This document shows positions 26,274 to 39,547 of a stretch of DNA of 64,000 nucleotides, piece by piece. A model generated the notes under the pieces. It had not been told where the DNA came from, did not search any database, and saw only the letters and a program-made list of their open reading frames with translations. The DNA comes from Tubulanus polymorphus (taxonomy: Eukaryota; Animalia; Nemertea): positions 30,166,150-30,230,149 of the forward strand of contig NC_134026.1 of assembly GCF_964204645.1 (NCBI RefSeq), written 5' to 3'. The position numbers and the translations under genes are program-made. The number at the start of each line of letters is the position of its first letter. The stretch's first letter is position 1.

Positions 26274-26945
26274 ATGTCGAAATTACTCTACTTATCCTTA
26301 TGTTCCGTGGTAAGTGGTATAAACCTTTATACGCAATAACGTATGGAGTGGGAAAATGTTCAATTTCCAATGGGCATTATCTAAATCGGCAGCTTCTATT
26401 TGTATTTGACAGCTTCTCGTTGCTGCTATTCAGGCTAATCGTACGTATATACATCGTATTCTATTTAAACAACGTGGTATTTCTTTTCTTCGTGGAAGAG
26501 TTGTACATCATTAAAGGTTTAATTGTGATTCATATATATTGTAGCCGGCTTCTGTCCTTTGCCGAAACCGGATCAGGTTGGAAGATGCGGTTTGTATTGT
26601 ATGAGGGATGAAGAATGTAAAATTACTGAAAGATGTTGTAATAACGGCTGCGGACAGGAATGTACCCCGAGTATACCCTTTCCTAAATGTGAGTCGCGTC
26701 AATATTCATATCTATATCATAAACACTCGATGATTATTTGACAGAAATGTTGTATAACTCGCTTCGGATCTCGCGGGACCAATAAATCTCTGTAAGGTAT
26801 CACGTGATGTTACGGGGCAGGGATGGGTCGTTATCAAGGGAAAATTTATGAAACATTTTCCGGGGCACGTGACAATACGAGGAAATCGATTCCGGGATAA
26901 ACGCAGTCTATTTCATTTATTTTGTTTTAATTTCCAGACGATTAA
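26274..26945 (+). CDS. Small secreted single-WAP (four-disulfide core) protein, ~72 aa, 4 exons
   Basis: Exons 26274-26309, 26413-26440, 26545-26688, 26938-26945 give MSKLLYLSLCSVLLVAAIQANPGFCPLPKPDQVGRCGLYCMRDEECKITERCCNNGCGQECTPSIPFPKYD*; 8-Cys WAP pattern; TATAAA at ~26227, AATAAA at ~27047. Confidence 0.85.
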
Positions 26946-27671
26946 CGAGATGCGCTGAGGGTGAGATGTTTCTGAACTGTATCGATTGTCAGTCGATTGG
27001 TTGTTGCGTCCATATCATCTGTTCTTCAATCCACTCGTTTATTACGAATAAAATCAATCTTCAGAAAACTTTGTTGTTTTTTATTCGATTATTTCATCAA
27101 TGGAATTTGTCGCGAAGAAATAATTAACCTTTCCTACAGATCTACCGACGACCGAAATCAGAGAATCTACTGATCATCCTGCGCTAGTTCTAATGTTCTA
27201 ATCGAAGTGGAACTGGCTGCAACATAACTGGAAATTTGGTGGAGATATCTGCATAAAATACACAATTTGTGCCCGTGATACCCGATCTATACTCAAACAT
27301 CAATAAATATGGCTTGATTTCTAGATGAATTTATTTCATTCATCAATAAGGAAGCTACCGGCTTATAGAATCTGACGACGATTTCACGAATCATTGAAGA
27401 TCATTCATTGGACACATACCGTCGGTAGAGACTCATTCGCTCTGAATAGATAATCAATACACATAGATTAATTCTGATTTAAATAACTGCATCCAGTTCC
27501 ACAGCCGTGAGTTAAAAACCACCAGAGTCGAAACATTGAAAATGAACTGATTCTAACTGTTAAATCTAATCAAAAATACATAAAGACTTTCATACATCCT
27601 CCACAAGTCACAACTGTAGAACTGCAAGTAAGAAAAAAAAAGTTGAAGAAGCATCAAATGAAATGATGAAC

Positions 27672-30625
27672 TTACGAACATGATTTAGATTTCTGTACGG
27701 CCATAACTGAGCTGACAACTGATTTAACATTCAATGTTCTGGATGAATATACGTATACCAACGATGGATCACCCGTTACTTTAGCCAAGTTTCTTGTCCG
27801 AGAAAAACCTGGTCTGTCCTCAATTGAGATTGCTTTTATAACGACGCCATTTTCTCGCAGTTTTTCGGCTTCCGAAATGGCATTGTCAAACGAGGAGTAC
27901 CATCCGTCACTAAAGAAAAAGATTTCTTTGTCGGCATCAGATCTACCTCCATTAAGTGACGACATGCTGATTAGGTATGTATTTTTTAATGCAACACCCG
28001 CTAAAGATCCGTATATATCAATACTCTACAATGAAATTCAAGAATTCGAAGCCGAGGGTTAGAATTATCAATACATTTTTCGAAATATCAAACAAAGTAC
28101 TTGTGGTCTGATATTAAAGCTCAGTATCCGTTGGAAATGGATGAAGAAATAGAATCCAGAATATCAAAATCAGTTAAATCAGGACAGTAATATTCTTTAC
28201 ATACGTACATTCTCTATACATTGCTTTCAAAGTTTTAATTGCACAAACCTTGCTATTTCTAAAACCCCATGAATCAACAGAAGAGGATAAATGATCAATA
28301 AGACTAAGAGATATAATGGCGTTTCATCTTTGATTTGAAAATATTCGGACATGATGAATTTATTGTCATTGTTCAAATTGTTCTTATACATTTCTTAAGT
28401 AAGAAATATATGAAATAATGTTTTTTCTTCATTCGAAGGACTATGATATGTTAAACCTACCGGTTGACTAACTCGCGACATCGCTGTCGTTAAGTTAGCC
28501 GTATTTGTACTCCAATACAATTGTAACCATTGTGACCATTGGTTCGCAAAAAAGTCGACTCCAATTTTAAAAGCTTCGTTCCCTGCAAAATATTATTGGA
28601 TAAATGAGAAACACTTGTGTTGTATATATATACTTGTGTTCATAAAATCACTTTACATTCTGCCAGGAATCCGAGTGTTAGCAGATGTGTATTCGGATTT
28701 CTGTAGTATAGTAATTCATTTAGTTCATTGATCTATGTGTATCAAATATTCACCTATCGACGAAGCTGCGTTATTCACATATTCGGTCAGAATTTCCTTC
28801 AACTTCCCCTGAACTGCGGCACCTAGCGATATATCGACGAGGAAAATGACATCGCGTTTTTCGTTGATGCAAGTCTCTGTAATAATGATAATCAAAAGAG
28901 ACAATTTCAGACAAGTCGGTTTCATATCGAGTTATAAGTGAACACATTTAATACAATTATAGACCCGAAACCCCACAAAATACATGTTCTTTCAATATTG
29001 ATATCACAAAGTGTCTGCTGTCTCCAATAATCTGTAGCGCCTGGTGATATGATGTCAATTAGAAAATGAAACTTTTGGAGCATCAAAGCTTTAATCTTGA
29101 TGTCTATCGTAGGATAGGTCGAGATCACAAACAATTTCCTTGTGAGGTCAATATGTAGAAAATCCTACAACAAATCCAAAATGAAAACGAAAGTTCTGTT
29201 ATAAGTGAATATATGCATTTTGGCTATTATCTTATAGCCATCATCAGACATATAAACTGAATATTCCGTCTTTTTTGCTGGATTTATACGTTGGGGGATT
29301 TTCTACTTATTATAGTAGGAATTTCCTTCTGTTGGTATCAAAAATCAAACAGATATTTGTTAGTACTCACTATGCGAACAAATCTGCATTGTAACTCTAT
29401 TTACAGTGCGTGCAATGTCACACGCCGTCAGATCTTGTGGAATCAAAATAGCCGATTCTTTGTCGTTTCGAGCATCGTGCGCTATCCAAATGGTTTCAAT
29501 TTCTTCAGATTTGTAGTTTTGTTCTTCTGCCATCACTGATTCGGATTCCGACGAAAATCCATCCGTCAGAATAATTACTGTCTTTTGCTTTTTATCTTAC
29601 AAATATGTAAAAAAAAACGTGGTTGGAATCGTTTGATAATGAATGAGATATGAAACTAAAACCCACTATATACAAATTTATGAGATTTTAAACGAAATTC
29701 ATAAATCAAAAGATCTAAAGACAGTTTTAGACTCTCTGCAGTGAGTGAGACTGCGAAACTTCGTGACTTTCACTTCTGAATTTTAAATTTTGATTAATAA
29801 ATTTCGTTTTTTATCTCTTAAATCTCTTAAATAATGGGTTTTTAATCTTACGTCCATGTCTCAGTATACAAAAGGTTATACGGTTATGGAATTTATGCGC
29901 AAGTGATTTACTCACTCTGGGATGCTCCGGGATTCTCCTTTTGAAAGATGCCGTTACGAACATAAGCCATCGCAGCACCGGTCGCTGTCATTCCACCCAT
30001 CGGTTTTATTTTATCTAACGCTAACGCGAAACTCGTTTCATCAGTTACATTCTTGATGTTCACGAATGTTCTGATATCATTCGCGTTCGAATAACCGACG
30101 ACGGCGACTTCAGGTTTTAGCGTTTTACTCAAACGTCCAACGATGGTTCTGATGATAAGTTTCATGTTGTTGATGTTGCAGTTGGAAATAGATGTCGATA
30201 AATCCAATAGAAATACGATTTTTGCTTGCATCGTTTTTTTGCAGTCTACAATAACAAGTTACGTAGTGTCAACATGAACGTATAAACTAGAGTCTAAACC
30301 ATAAACTAAAAGAATAGTTTACACGTCCATGATGTCATTGCCTTTTAGCAAACTCGAAATCTTCAAGTGATTGAAAACTTCCAGAATCTAAAAGGTAGTC
30401 AAATTCGTTTCTAATATTGAAACCTATCATCAAAGATTATTATCAAGAAAACAGACATATTCTTTACAGAATTTCGTATATTTTATATTCCAACTTACCG
30501 CTGGGGGAGTTATTTATCCAGTCATTTATTGTCGATAAGTCTGGATTAAGTTCACAGTTATCACCGATCGCGACAGCCAAATAAATCCCGCAGAGAAAAC
30601 AAATTAAAACTTGTAAATACTTCAT
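27672..30625 (-). CDS. Secreted protein with two von Willebrand factor A domains (matrilin/collagen VI-like VWA)
   Basis: Signal peptide MKYLQVLICFLCGIYLAVAIG; VWA1 IVFLLDLSTS...GGMTATGAAM...ILTDG (intact MIDAS); VWA2 VIFLVDISLG...FFSDG; exons linked by GT-AG (donor ~29370, acceptor ~28877). Confidence 0.8.
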
Positions 30626-31831
30626 CTTCGGTTTCTAAAACCTGCTAAAGAAGTTCGTTGCAAAAAACAAATAATTTCAACACTTTTCTTTCAACAACAA
30701 TAACAATAAGGCTTTATTTCATGCAAAATTTACGGGAGAAAAAATTTTAAAAAAATTCATATTGGTTCATGGAAAAGAAAACGTTTGCACAATTTGAACA
30801 TCAATTAACTTACCTAATGATATCAAAATCTCACAAATATAGAAACATGAAATTTGGCGTTCATATAGTTTGACTAATCAAAGCCAAGTGAAATTTCTCT
30901 CTTTCCAAATCACAAATTCGACTCTACTTGAAATGAAACACTACGCTGGGAAATCTATAATTCATATCCGGTTACATTCTAAACTGAGTGAGCTATTCTA
31001 TTACATCTAACATAACCATTCTGCTGAAATAAAAACTGTTTTTGAAAACATTCGTTTCAATTATGATATAGATTGTATACACAGTCATTAGTATTATTGT
31101 GTTATAGGATAATCGAATCAATAGAGACAAGACAAGATATTCCGTAAAACACACAAATACCAGCACTTACCAGACAAAACCACTCAGAGCCCCGGTTTCA
31201 CATTCGCAACTTTTATCAACAAACGGTATCGATTTCTAAGATTGGTCTTGTATTGACTTCACAGAACTATTATTATGTGCTTAAACTGATTTTATGTTGC
31301 TGTTTGAACCAATATGTGTTTTATACTGGACATTAGTTTGATAGATTGGCTCTAGAATTTAGAAGATGTGCTTAGGCTGTGCCTCTTTAGTAAGAATACT
31401 GGCTCCATGCTTACAAGAAACAATGATAAATGTTCAATCAGATTGAGGTTGTTATAATGTTGTCTATTTATCTGTTTCGCTGCTGCAAGAGAAATTAGAG
31501 AGGAAAATTATTTACTATTTGGAATAGCGACAGAGCTGGTGAAAGAAGAATTAATCCATGTCAGGATAGCGTCGAATTGCTTCTATCAACCGACATAAAA
31601 AAAAACGGAATTCGAATGTCACTTTACAAAAGCCTGTACGCGAAAATACAAATTGTTTATGGCCGAATTTTTTTTTGCATATTGTACAGCATATGTAATA
31701 CATATACTGGTAACATATCGTATATAAATGCGAAGTAGAATCAACTCAAAGTTCAAAGTTCAAAGTTCTGTATTACTCGAGATATAAATGACCAACACGC
31801 GACTTACTTAGCCATTCTTTTGTCCCAGAAG

Positions 31832-32251
31832 TACGGAAGGGATAGGGGGCCTCGAGTTGTCGCGTTCCAACTCGTCAAGTCGCCATATTTATGTCGAAAT
31901 ATCGCGATATATAGCGTCAAGTCGACATGAATATGTCGTCATATCGTGACGTTTTCACGACAAATTTCGCTTTCTCGACCACTTTCCTCGCGACAAGTCG
32001 ACATATTCACGACGACTTGAAACTCAGTCGTCATATATATTACTGGTGTCCTCATCTTACATTTAGACATGTCTGCAAATGACGGTTTGTCCCGTGGAAA
32101 ATGGGCGAAAAAGCGAAATTTGTCGTGAAAACGTCACGATATATCGACATATTCATGTCGACGTGACGCGATATATCGCGGTATGTCGACATAAATATGA
32201 CGACTTGTCGAGTTGGAACGCGACATCTCGAGGCCCCTTATCGCTTCCGAA
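31832..32251. mobile_element. Non-autonomous TIR element (MITE), IS3EU-like, copy 2 (just upstream of HAO-a ATG)
   Basis: TACGGAAG...CTTCCGAA termini; 6-bp TSD CAGAAG at 31826-31831 and 32252-32257; homologous to 4000-4415. Confidence 0.85.
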
Positions 32252-32304
32252 CAGAAGAGAATCATCAAATCGTAATCCGATTCAGGTAAATAGATTGATT
32301 CAGG

Positions 32305-33939
32305 ATGAGTGGAAAATCGTTGGTCTGTTTGAAAGATTATGAAATCGAAGCGAAGAAGATTTTACCCCGAATGACCTGGGAGTATTATTCCACTGGTGCC
32401 GATGAGGAGATATCCTTAAGAGAGAATGAACTCGCGTATAAAAGGTCAGTGAAGTTGAGTCTATTACTGTTGCAGATTTTGATGGAAAAGAATAGCTTCA
32501 TTTCAATAATTTATTCATTACAGATTGAAATTGAGACCATCATTTTTGCGAGATGTGTCTAACGTGGATGTGTCGACGAAAATACTAGGACATTCAGTAG
32601 ATTCCCCTATATGTATAGCTCCTAGTGCATTTCATTGTTTAGCTCATCAGGATGGAGAGGTTGCCACAGCTAAAGGTAAATGATCCCACATATATCGGCT
32701 TACAGTCACAGCAGTATGTAGTGTACCAATAACACCACATTTATTCATTGATACCGCATGTATTAATGACACATTTTTAACACTTCATTTATCACGTTAA
32801 TATAAATCATGTAACGGTATTCATTCAAGCCGCTGCCAAGATGAATTCGATTTATACAATGAGCACATTCGCAACTCGCAGTATGGAAGAAGTGAATAAA
32901 GAAGCCCCGGCTGGAGATAGATGGTTACAATGTTACATTTTAAAACCGCGGAGTTTTATTGAAAAGATGTTGAAAAGAGCGGTTGCAGAAAATTTCAAAG
33001 CTGTTGTATTAACAGTAGATTGGCCCGCGATACCCAACCATCGGGCTTCAACCAGAAATCCATTTAGCCTACCATCTCATCTCAAACTTAGAAATATTCA
33101 CGATCAACAAACAGATGGGGTACATATAAACAGAAATCTGTTCCGAAAGGTTTTTCTCATTTCCGTAAAGAATCAAAAGAATGAAATTAACATTTCTCAT
33201 ATTTCATATTAGCAAGACATTTATTCTACAAATAGTGGCTGGTCTGCAGCTGTAGACGCCAGTCTAACATGGAAGGATATCGCATGGCTGAAAGAAGTGA
33301 CTAATTTACCAGTAATAGTTAAAGGTATTTTAACAGCAGAAGATGCTGAACTAGCGATAGAACATGGCGCATCAGCTATCATAGTGTCTAATCATGGAGG
33401 AAGACAATTAGATACATCACCTGCCACAGTAAGCGTTATTAACTGTCGATATTTTCTAATATTTCACAGTGTGATAAATGTTTATTATCTGTAGATAGAA
33501 GTATTACCAGAGATTGTAGCAGCAGTCAGAGGTCGAGTTGAAGTATATGTAGATGGTGGAATTCGTACTGGTACTGATGTATTAAAAGCTCTAGCGCTCG
33601 GAGCTAAAGCTGTTTTGATTGGTCGACCAGTTTTATGGGGATTAGCTTGTAACGTAAGTTCTGGATTTTCGTTTTATGGTAAATATTTTCATTTCAGTTG
33701 GTTATGCTGATATTCTAATTATTTTAGGGCGAGCAAGGTGTTGAGAATGTTTTGAAAATGCTTAAAGATGAACTCTCCACTGCCATGGCTCTGTCGGGTA
33801 CGTCGTGATGCGAATCCTCTATCATGTTTACTTAGATTCACGACTAACAAGTGTTTACTCTCTTACAGGTTGTCAGCGCATTTCAGACATCAAGCCAAAA
33901 TTAGTTGTCAAAGGCGACTACTATTTTTCAAAACTTTAG
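32305..33939 (+). CDS. HAO1: Hydroxyacid oxidase (FMN-dependent 2-hydroxy acid oxidase) paralog a, peroxisomal
   Basis: [58 protein letters not shown]; C-terminal PTS1 SKL*. Exact HAO1 vs HAO2 orthology is unresolved. Confidence 0.88.
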
Positions 33940-36922
33940 AGATTATTTCAGTATGTTCTAAGAAAATAAATCTTATCCAGTAATGTTTGTAATTTTGCAA
34001 TGTTTTGATATTTTCTTCGATTCCACCCTTTAATTTGATTTGAAAAATATATCGTTGAAAACTAAAACTAAAATGCAATTAAATTCTTATATGTTTCGAT
34101 ATTTTTTTTTGGAAGATGATCGCTTGAATCGTGTATTGGATTTTTGAAATTCCTGTCCTCTCTCATTTCCTACGTGACATGTTATTTGACCCGAGGCTTT
34201 GCGTGGTATTTTATGGTTTATTGATTCTACCAAACCAATTTATAATGTCGAGTAATCAAATTGATCAACATCCCACCGACTCCCTTGACACACAGTAAAC
34301 TACAGAAGTTGTTTGAACGCGTGCTTAAAAGGTTCACTTAGTGTTTCTTATCAGAGATCGTGCCATTTTGCGTTTATATTGGCCACTATTAGATTGAGTG
34401 AACTGCGTCACACACAGGCCACACATCTTATCATTCCGTTTTACATTCACTGGAGAATTTTGAAACGAATTTCTTAGGATGAAATGTTTCACAAAATTAC
34501 GTTATTTTGACACGACTCGAGAATGTTTATCGTCCCCGAAGATGAACACGCATATCGTTCCAATAGTTTCATATATTTCCTTATTTTGATCGCTTCACTC
34601 GTAACGGGAAGAAACGCGAGACGAGACGAAGTTATCGTGTTGGCCTCGGAAACTGTAAAATCCTTAAATAACTCACAAACCTTCACCGTCGTTCACTTCA
34701 TCACGGAGACTGTGACGAATCGGATCGGTTTAAAATACGAACGACAAGACACGGGATAAAATGTCTCCAACGATCATTTTCTTGGTGGTAAGAATTTCTA
34801 TTTTATCTTATCTGAAAAAGATACACAGTTACTAGTTCGATATGTCTGACGATAACTTAGAAATAACCATGAAATAATGTAACGTCAAAGAGTTCATTCA
34901 AAACTGCGTAGTTTCTACTTTTTAGGATTTGAATGATTTGTTCTTAATCATGTATTTTGATAGCTATCTATTGGAATCACATCGTGTATATCAAAACCAG
35001 TTTACAATGTGGAAGTTTTGAAAAACGGTCAGTTATTCAATTCATTGAAAAAACCTAGATAATTCCTATATATATACATACATCTTCGTGTTGTTTTATC
35101 TGATATTTGTTTGTATCAAATAATGCATGAAATATCTACACGAACAGTGTTCGATTCTTTTGTAATGTCGTGTTTAAAACGATGTATATATTATATACAT
35201 CGAGTGTCATCTGTCAGTCAGTTATTTAATCGGCTAGACGAGGATCCCGCGATGATTTTACATTTGTACTTTTACGTTGCGAATGTACTCATGAAAATAT
35301 GTCTATCAATACGTAATAATGCCAAGACCCACCATTATTATATACATTTGAAATATAAAAAACGAAGTTTATTTATTATTCAAAAGATAAATGAAAAATC
35401 AAAAGACACAATTTTCGATGACCTCTAGCGAGAGAATCCGAAACGACTTTCAATTTTCGATTTTAACTTTTGTATGATAAATTGTAATTTCGATCATTTG
35501 AATTTAGTTTTATAGTTAGTTTTAATTATATTATCCATTCTCTAGGTTGAGTGCGGCTATTTAGAAAGCAGAGTGCATTCTTACTGCCGCATAAATAGTA
35601 GCTTTTCTTGCTCTTTTTGAGTTTGATATTGTATCGCAGCATGTCTTTTTTTCTGATTGAAATCTTATCGAAAATCACGTTTTGAATAGTGATTAATGTG
35701 TAGTGTTTGTACGAACAATCAACTTAATAAACTCATGTTTTCTTTGTTTTCGTGTTAGCTTAGATAATGTCGTCAAAATCTAGTTGTCAAATAAATAACG
35801 TTGAATGAACATGTACCCCATAAACGTTACTCTTTCATATTAGAAAAACAGTTTCAGATATTCAGAGGCGTTTTTAATGACTTCACCTCGATATTTACAG
35901 GTATGGAATGGAGTACAATGACAATCGGTTCACAAACCTGGTGTTTCTGCTCAGAAGATGATATGGCATTTCCATTAAAATTCTGCAAAAATCCTCTGCC
36001 GAAAATCTGTGACAATATCTAGAATTTTGCTTGACAAATAATTGTAGAAATTCTTTGAAAGATATCGGCGTTTGATATATATAATGACGAATAAAACCAT
36101 TAAACTTTATTACTGTTGTTTGGTGTTTGTTTCTTTTCATTTTTGAAATGAAATTGGTGGAAGGAGATTTATTAATCCAAAATTAGGAATAGCATGAGAA
36201 TTACTGCATATGTTAAAAGCAATGGAAAGTCAGTTAAAATATGTAGTTGTACCTTGATCAGACTGTCGCATTTATACATGACATACATTTATACATACAT
36301 TAACAGATTTGTGTCATGATGTCTGAGATCGCTTATAAAACAACCCGACCAATTGTTCAGCAGTGAACATCAGTAAGTATAGACAGACCGGTTATACGGT
36401 TCAGTAATAACTTTAACCAGGGGCCGACTCGCTCGATTGGAACCCCCAGGTAGAAATTTCAGTCCATGAAACAGACGTGTAATATCGAATTGACTAGACG
36501 ACGCACTGTACCCATACAGTCATGTACGGCATGGCTTACATCCAGCTATGGTACACATTAACCAACTATTTTTTAGAAATATAGAAAAAAAACACATGTG
36601 TCCCTTATAAGTGCATATATAACGAGGTCGTGACGATAGTACTCGTATATCGAGAGTTTTCTAGTACAGATCATATTCCAATGACTTCGTTGATATAGAG
36701 ATCTAAAGTGGACTGAATTATAACCTTTGTTCTCGTGTAATGCACTGAGTAGATTTCGATTTCAGTGAAAATGCATAGTAATAAGATACAAACGATAATA
36801 TAAGCGGGGATAGATGCTTTTGGGATAAAAAGAAGCTATTGTTCGGTAATCTTTTGAGCGAGAAAAAACGTTTAATAACGCGAACTACATTTTACCATTT
36901 GATTCAGATAAGTTGATCCAGG

Positions 36923-38914
36923 ATGACCGGGAAATCCTTGGTCTGTTTAAAGGATTATGAAAGCGAAGCGAAGAAGATTCTACCCCGAATGACCTGGCTT
37001 TATTATTCGTGTGGAGCTGATGAGGAACTAACCCTCAAAGAGAATGAGCTCGCGTATAAAAGGTCAGTGTTGAGTCTTTTCACGGACTCTAAAACGAAGA
37101 ATCCGTGGTCTATTACTGTAGCAGATTCCACTTGGAAAAGAAAGGCTTCATTTCAAAATTCATTTATTACAGATTGAAATTGAGACCATCATTTTTGAGA
37201 GATGTGTCTAACGTGGATGTGTCGACGAAAATACTAGGACATTCAGTAGATTCCCCTATATGTATAGCTCCTAGCGCGTATCATTGTTTAGCTCATCAGG
37301 ATGGAGAAGTTGCCACAGCTAAAGGTATTCAATTGTTTTTAGCTAATCTTAAAGGGAGTGGCCTGGAGGAGGCTGAGAGATGGACCGACCCCATCAATCA
37401 CTCATCACACTCTGTACTGTCCTAGCTCCACCCCTTATATCACATCACGTACCTCCAAACCTTCCACAGACACCACCCCCGACCTCACCCACACCTCAAC
37501 AACACCAAACATCCTGACCCCGTATTACCCAAACTTACACTTTCATATTACTCTAACTGTACCTTACTCTATCCTTTACACTCTACACACACCGCCCCCT
37601 ACCTTACACATACCATACCAACATCACACCTGTACCGCCCTCTACCAGCATCGGGAGATATAACGTGCTATGGAATGTATAGGAACCTGCATATATGATA
37701 TTTTGTTCTCAATGAACAATCAGAGTAGATATCATATTTATCCAGCCTTCAATCCACCTTCTATTCATTATAGCCGCCGCCAAAATGAAGTCGATTTATA
37801 CAATGAGCACTTTCGCAACTCGCAGTATGGAAGAAGCGACAAAGGAAGCCCCGACTGGCATCAAATGGTTGCAATGTTACGTCTTAAAACCTCGTCGTTT
37901 TATCGAAGAAACGTTGAAAAGAGCAGTAGCAGCAAATTTCAAAGCGGTTGTATTGACAGTAGATCAGCCTGTAGCTGCGAATCACCGGGCTTCCGCCATC
38001 GATAGGTTGATTTTACCACCACATCTTAAACTTGGAAATATTGACGAAGAAACATTGAGAGTATGCCATATAGTATATCTAAAAACCTGCTCAAAGTTGA
38101 CTTTTAGATTCTTGATATCAAATCTAGATGTATTTAGGAACAAGAACTGGTAGAGTTTGTTAGTTTGAAATATTAATGTTCCAGCGCACAGTTTTGGGAA
38201 GCAGAGACAAAGTACATACCGGAGGTGCAATCGACGCTAGTCTAACATGGAAGGATATCGCATGGCTGAAAGAAGTGACTAATTTACCAGTAATAGTTAA
38301 AGGTATTTTAACAGCAGAAGATGCTGAACTAGCGATAGAACATGGCGCATCAGCTATCATAGTGTCTAATCATGGAGGAAGACAATTAGATACATCACCT
38401 GCCACAGTAAGCGTTATTAACTGTCGATATTTTCTAATTGTTCACAGTATGATGAATGTTTATTATCTCTAGATAGAAGTATTACCAGAGATTGTAACAG
38501 CAGTCAGAGGTCGAGTTGAAGTATATGTAGATGGTGGAATTCGTACTGGTACTGATGTATTAAAAGCTCTAGCGCTCGGAGCTAAAGCTGTTTTGATTGG
38601 TCGACCAGTTTTATGGGGATTAGCTTGCAACGTAAGGTTTGATTTTTCGTTTATGGTAAATATTTATTTTCATTCCTGTTGGATATGATGATAATCTAAT
38701 TATTTTAGGGCGAGCAAGGTGTTGAGGATGTTTTGAAAATGCTTAAAGACGAACTATCTACTGCTATGGCTCTGTCGGGTACGTACTAATGCGAATCCAT
38801 TTTTTTCACGTTTCTTAATGACCAATAAGTGTTTATTCTATTGTAGGTTGTCAGCGCATTTCAGATATCAAGCCAAAATTGATTGCCAAAGGCGAATATT
38901 TTTCAAAGCTTTAA
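36923..38914 (+). CDS. HAO1: Hydroxyacid oxidase paralog b, peroxisomal
   Basis: Same exon structure and motifs (SNHGGRQLD); ends GEYFSKL* at 38914. Confidence 0.88.
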
Positions 38915-39547
38915 ACCAACTCTACCCGTATGAAAATAGTAAGATGAGTTACTAATTTGTCCTTGATCGTGAAACTCTTGGAGCTGGAGTTGTGCAAGTT
39001 CAACTCATTTAACTATTCAATCAAGTTGAATAAGCCCCACGGTTAAGTTTACAACTGAATCATTAATTAACTCGCGAATTTATGGAATCAGTTTACTTTT
39101 GATATTAATACAAAATAAAAGACATAAAATTATGAATTTGTTTCGTAGTCATTATTTTTATTGTATAAAATTCAAATTCTTTGTTGTATGAAATTCTATA
39201 TGGTTCACAGACGAATCCTTTTATTTACATTGTATAATAATTTGATGATGGGACGTTGTTGATGATATATGTTGTCATACAATTCATTTATTACGTATCT
39301 GAAAATATCCGTCAATGTATGAATTTTGACCATACATAATGTCTATTTATTTACATTTCTACTTATAAATATTATAGAATAAATTAAAACATTTTAATTA
39401 AATCCTTCGTTCAAACAAGGTTGTCATTTCTATTTCTGTCACTGTCTAGTTGTTCGTTCATCTTAATCCACAGAGCTAAAAGGCTGAAATCATGGCCGAT
39501 TGGATCATCTATGGATGGAACCAACTCAATGTTAATAAACTCACAGA

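Noticed and set aside
28725-28925. Independent VWA gene starting MKPTCLKLSLLIIII
   Set aside because: An AG acceptor at ~28877 and an upstream donor at ~29370 link it in frame to the upstream VWA exon; the apparent signal peptide is intronic.
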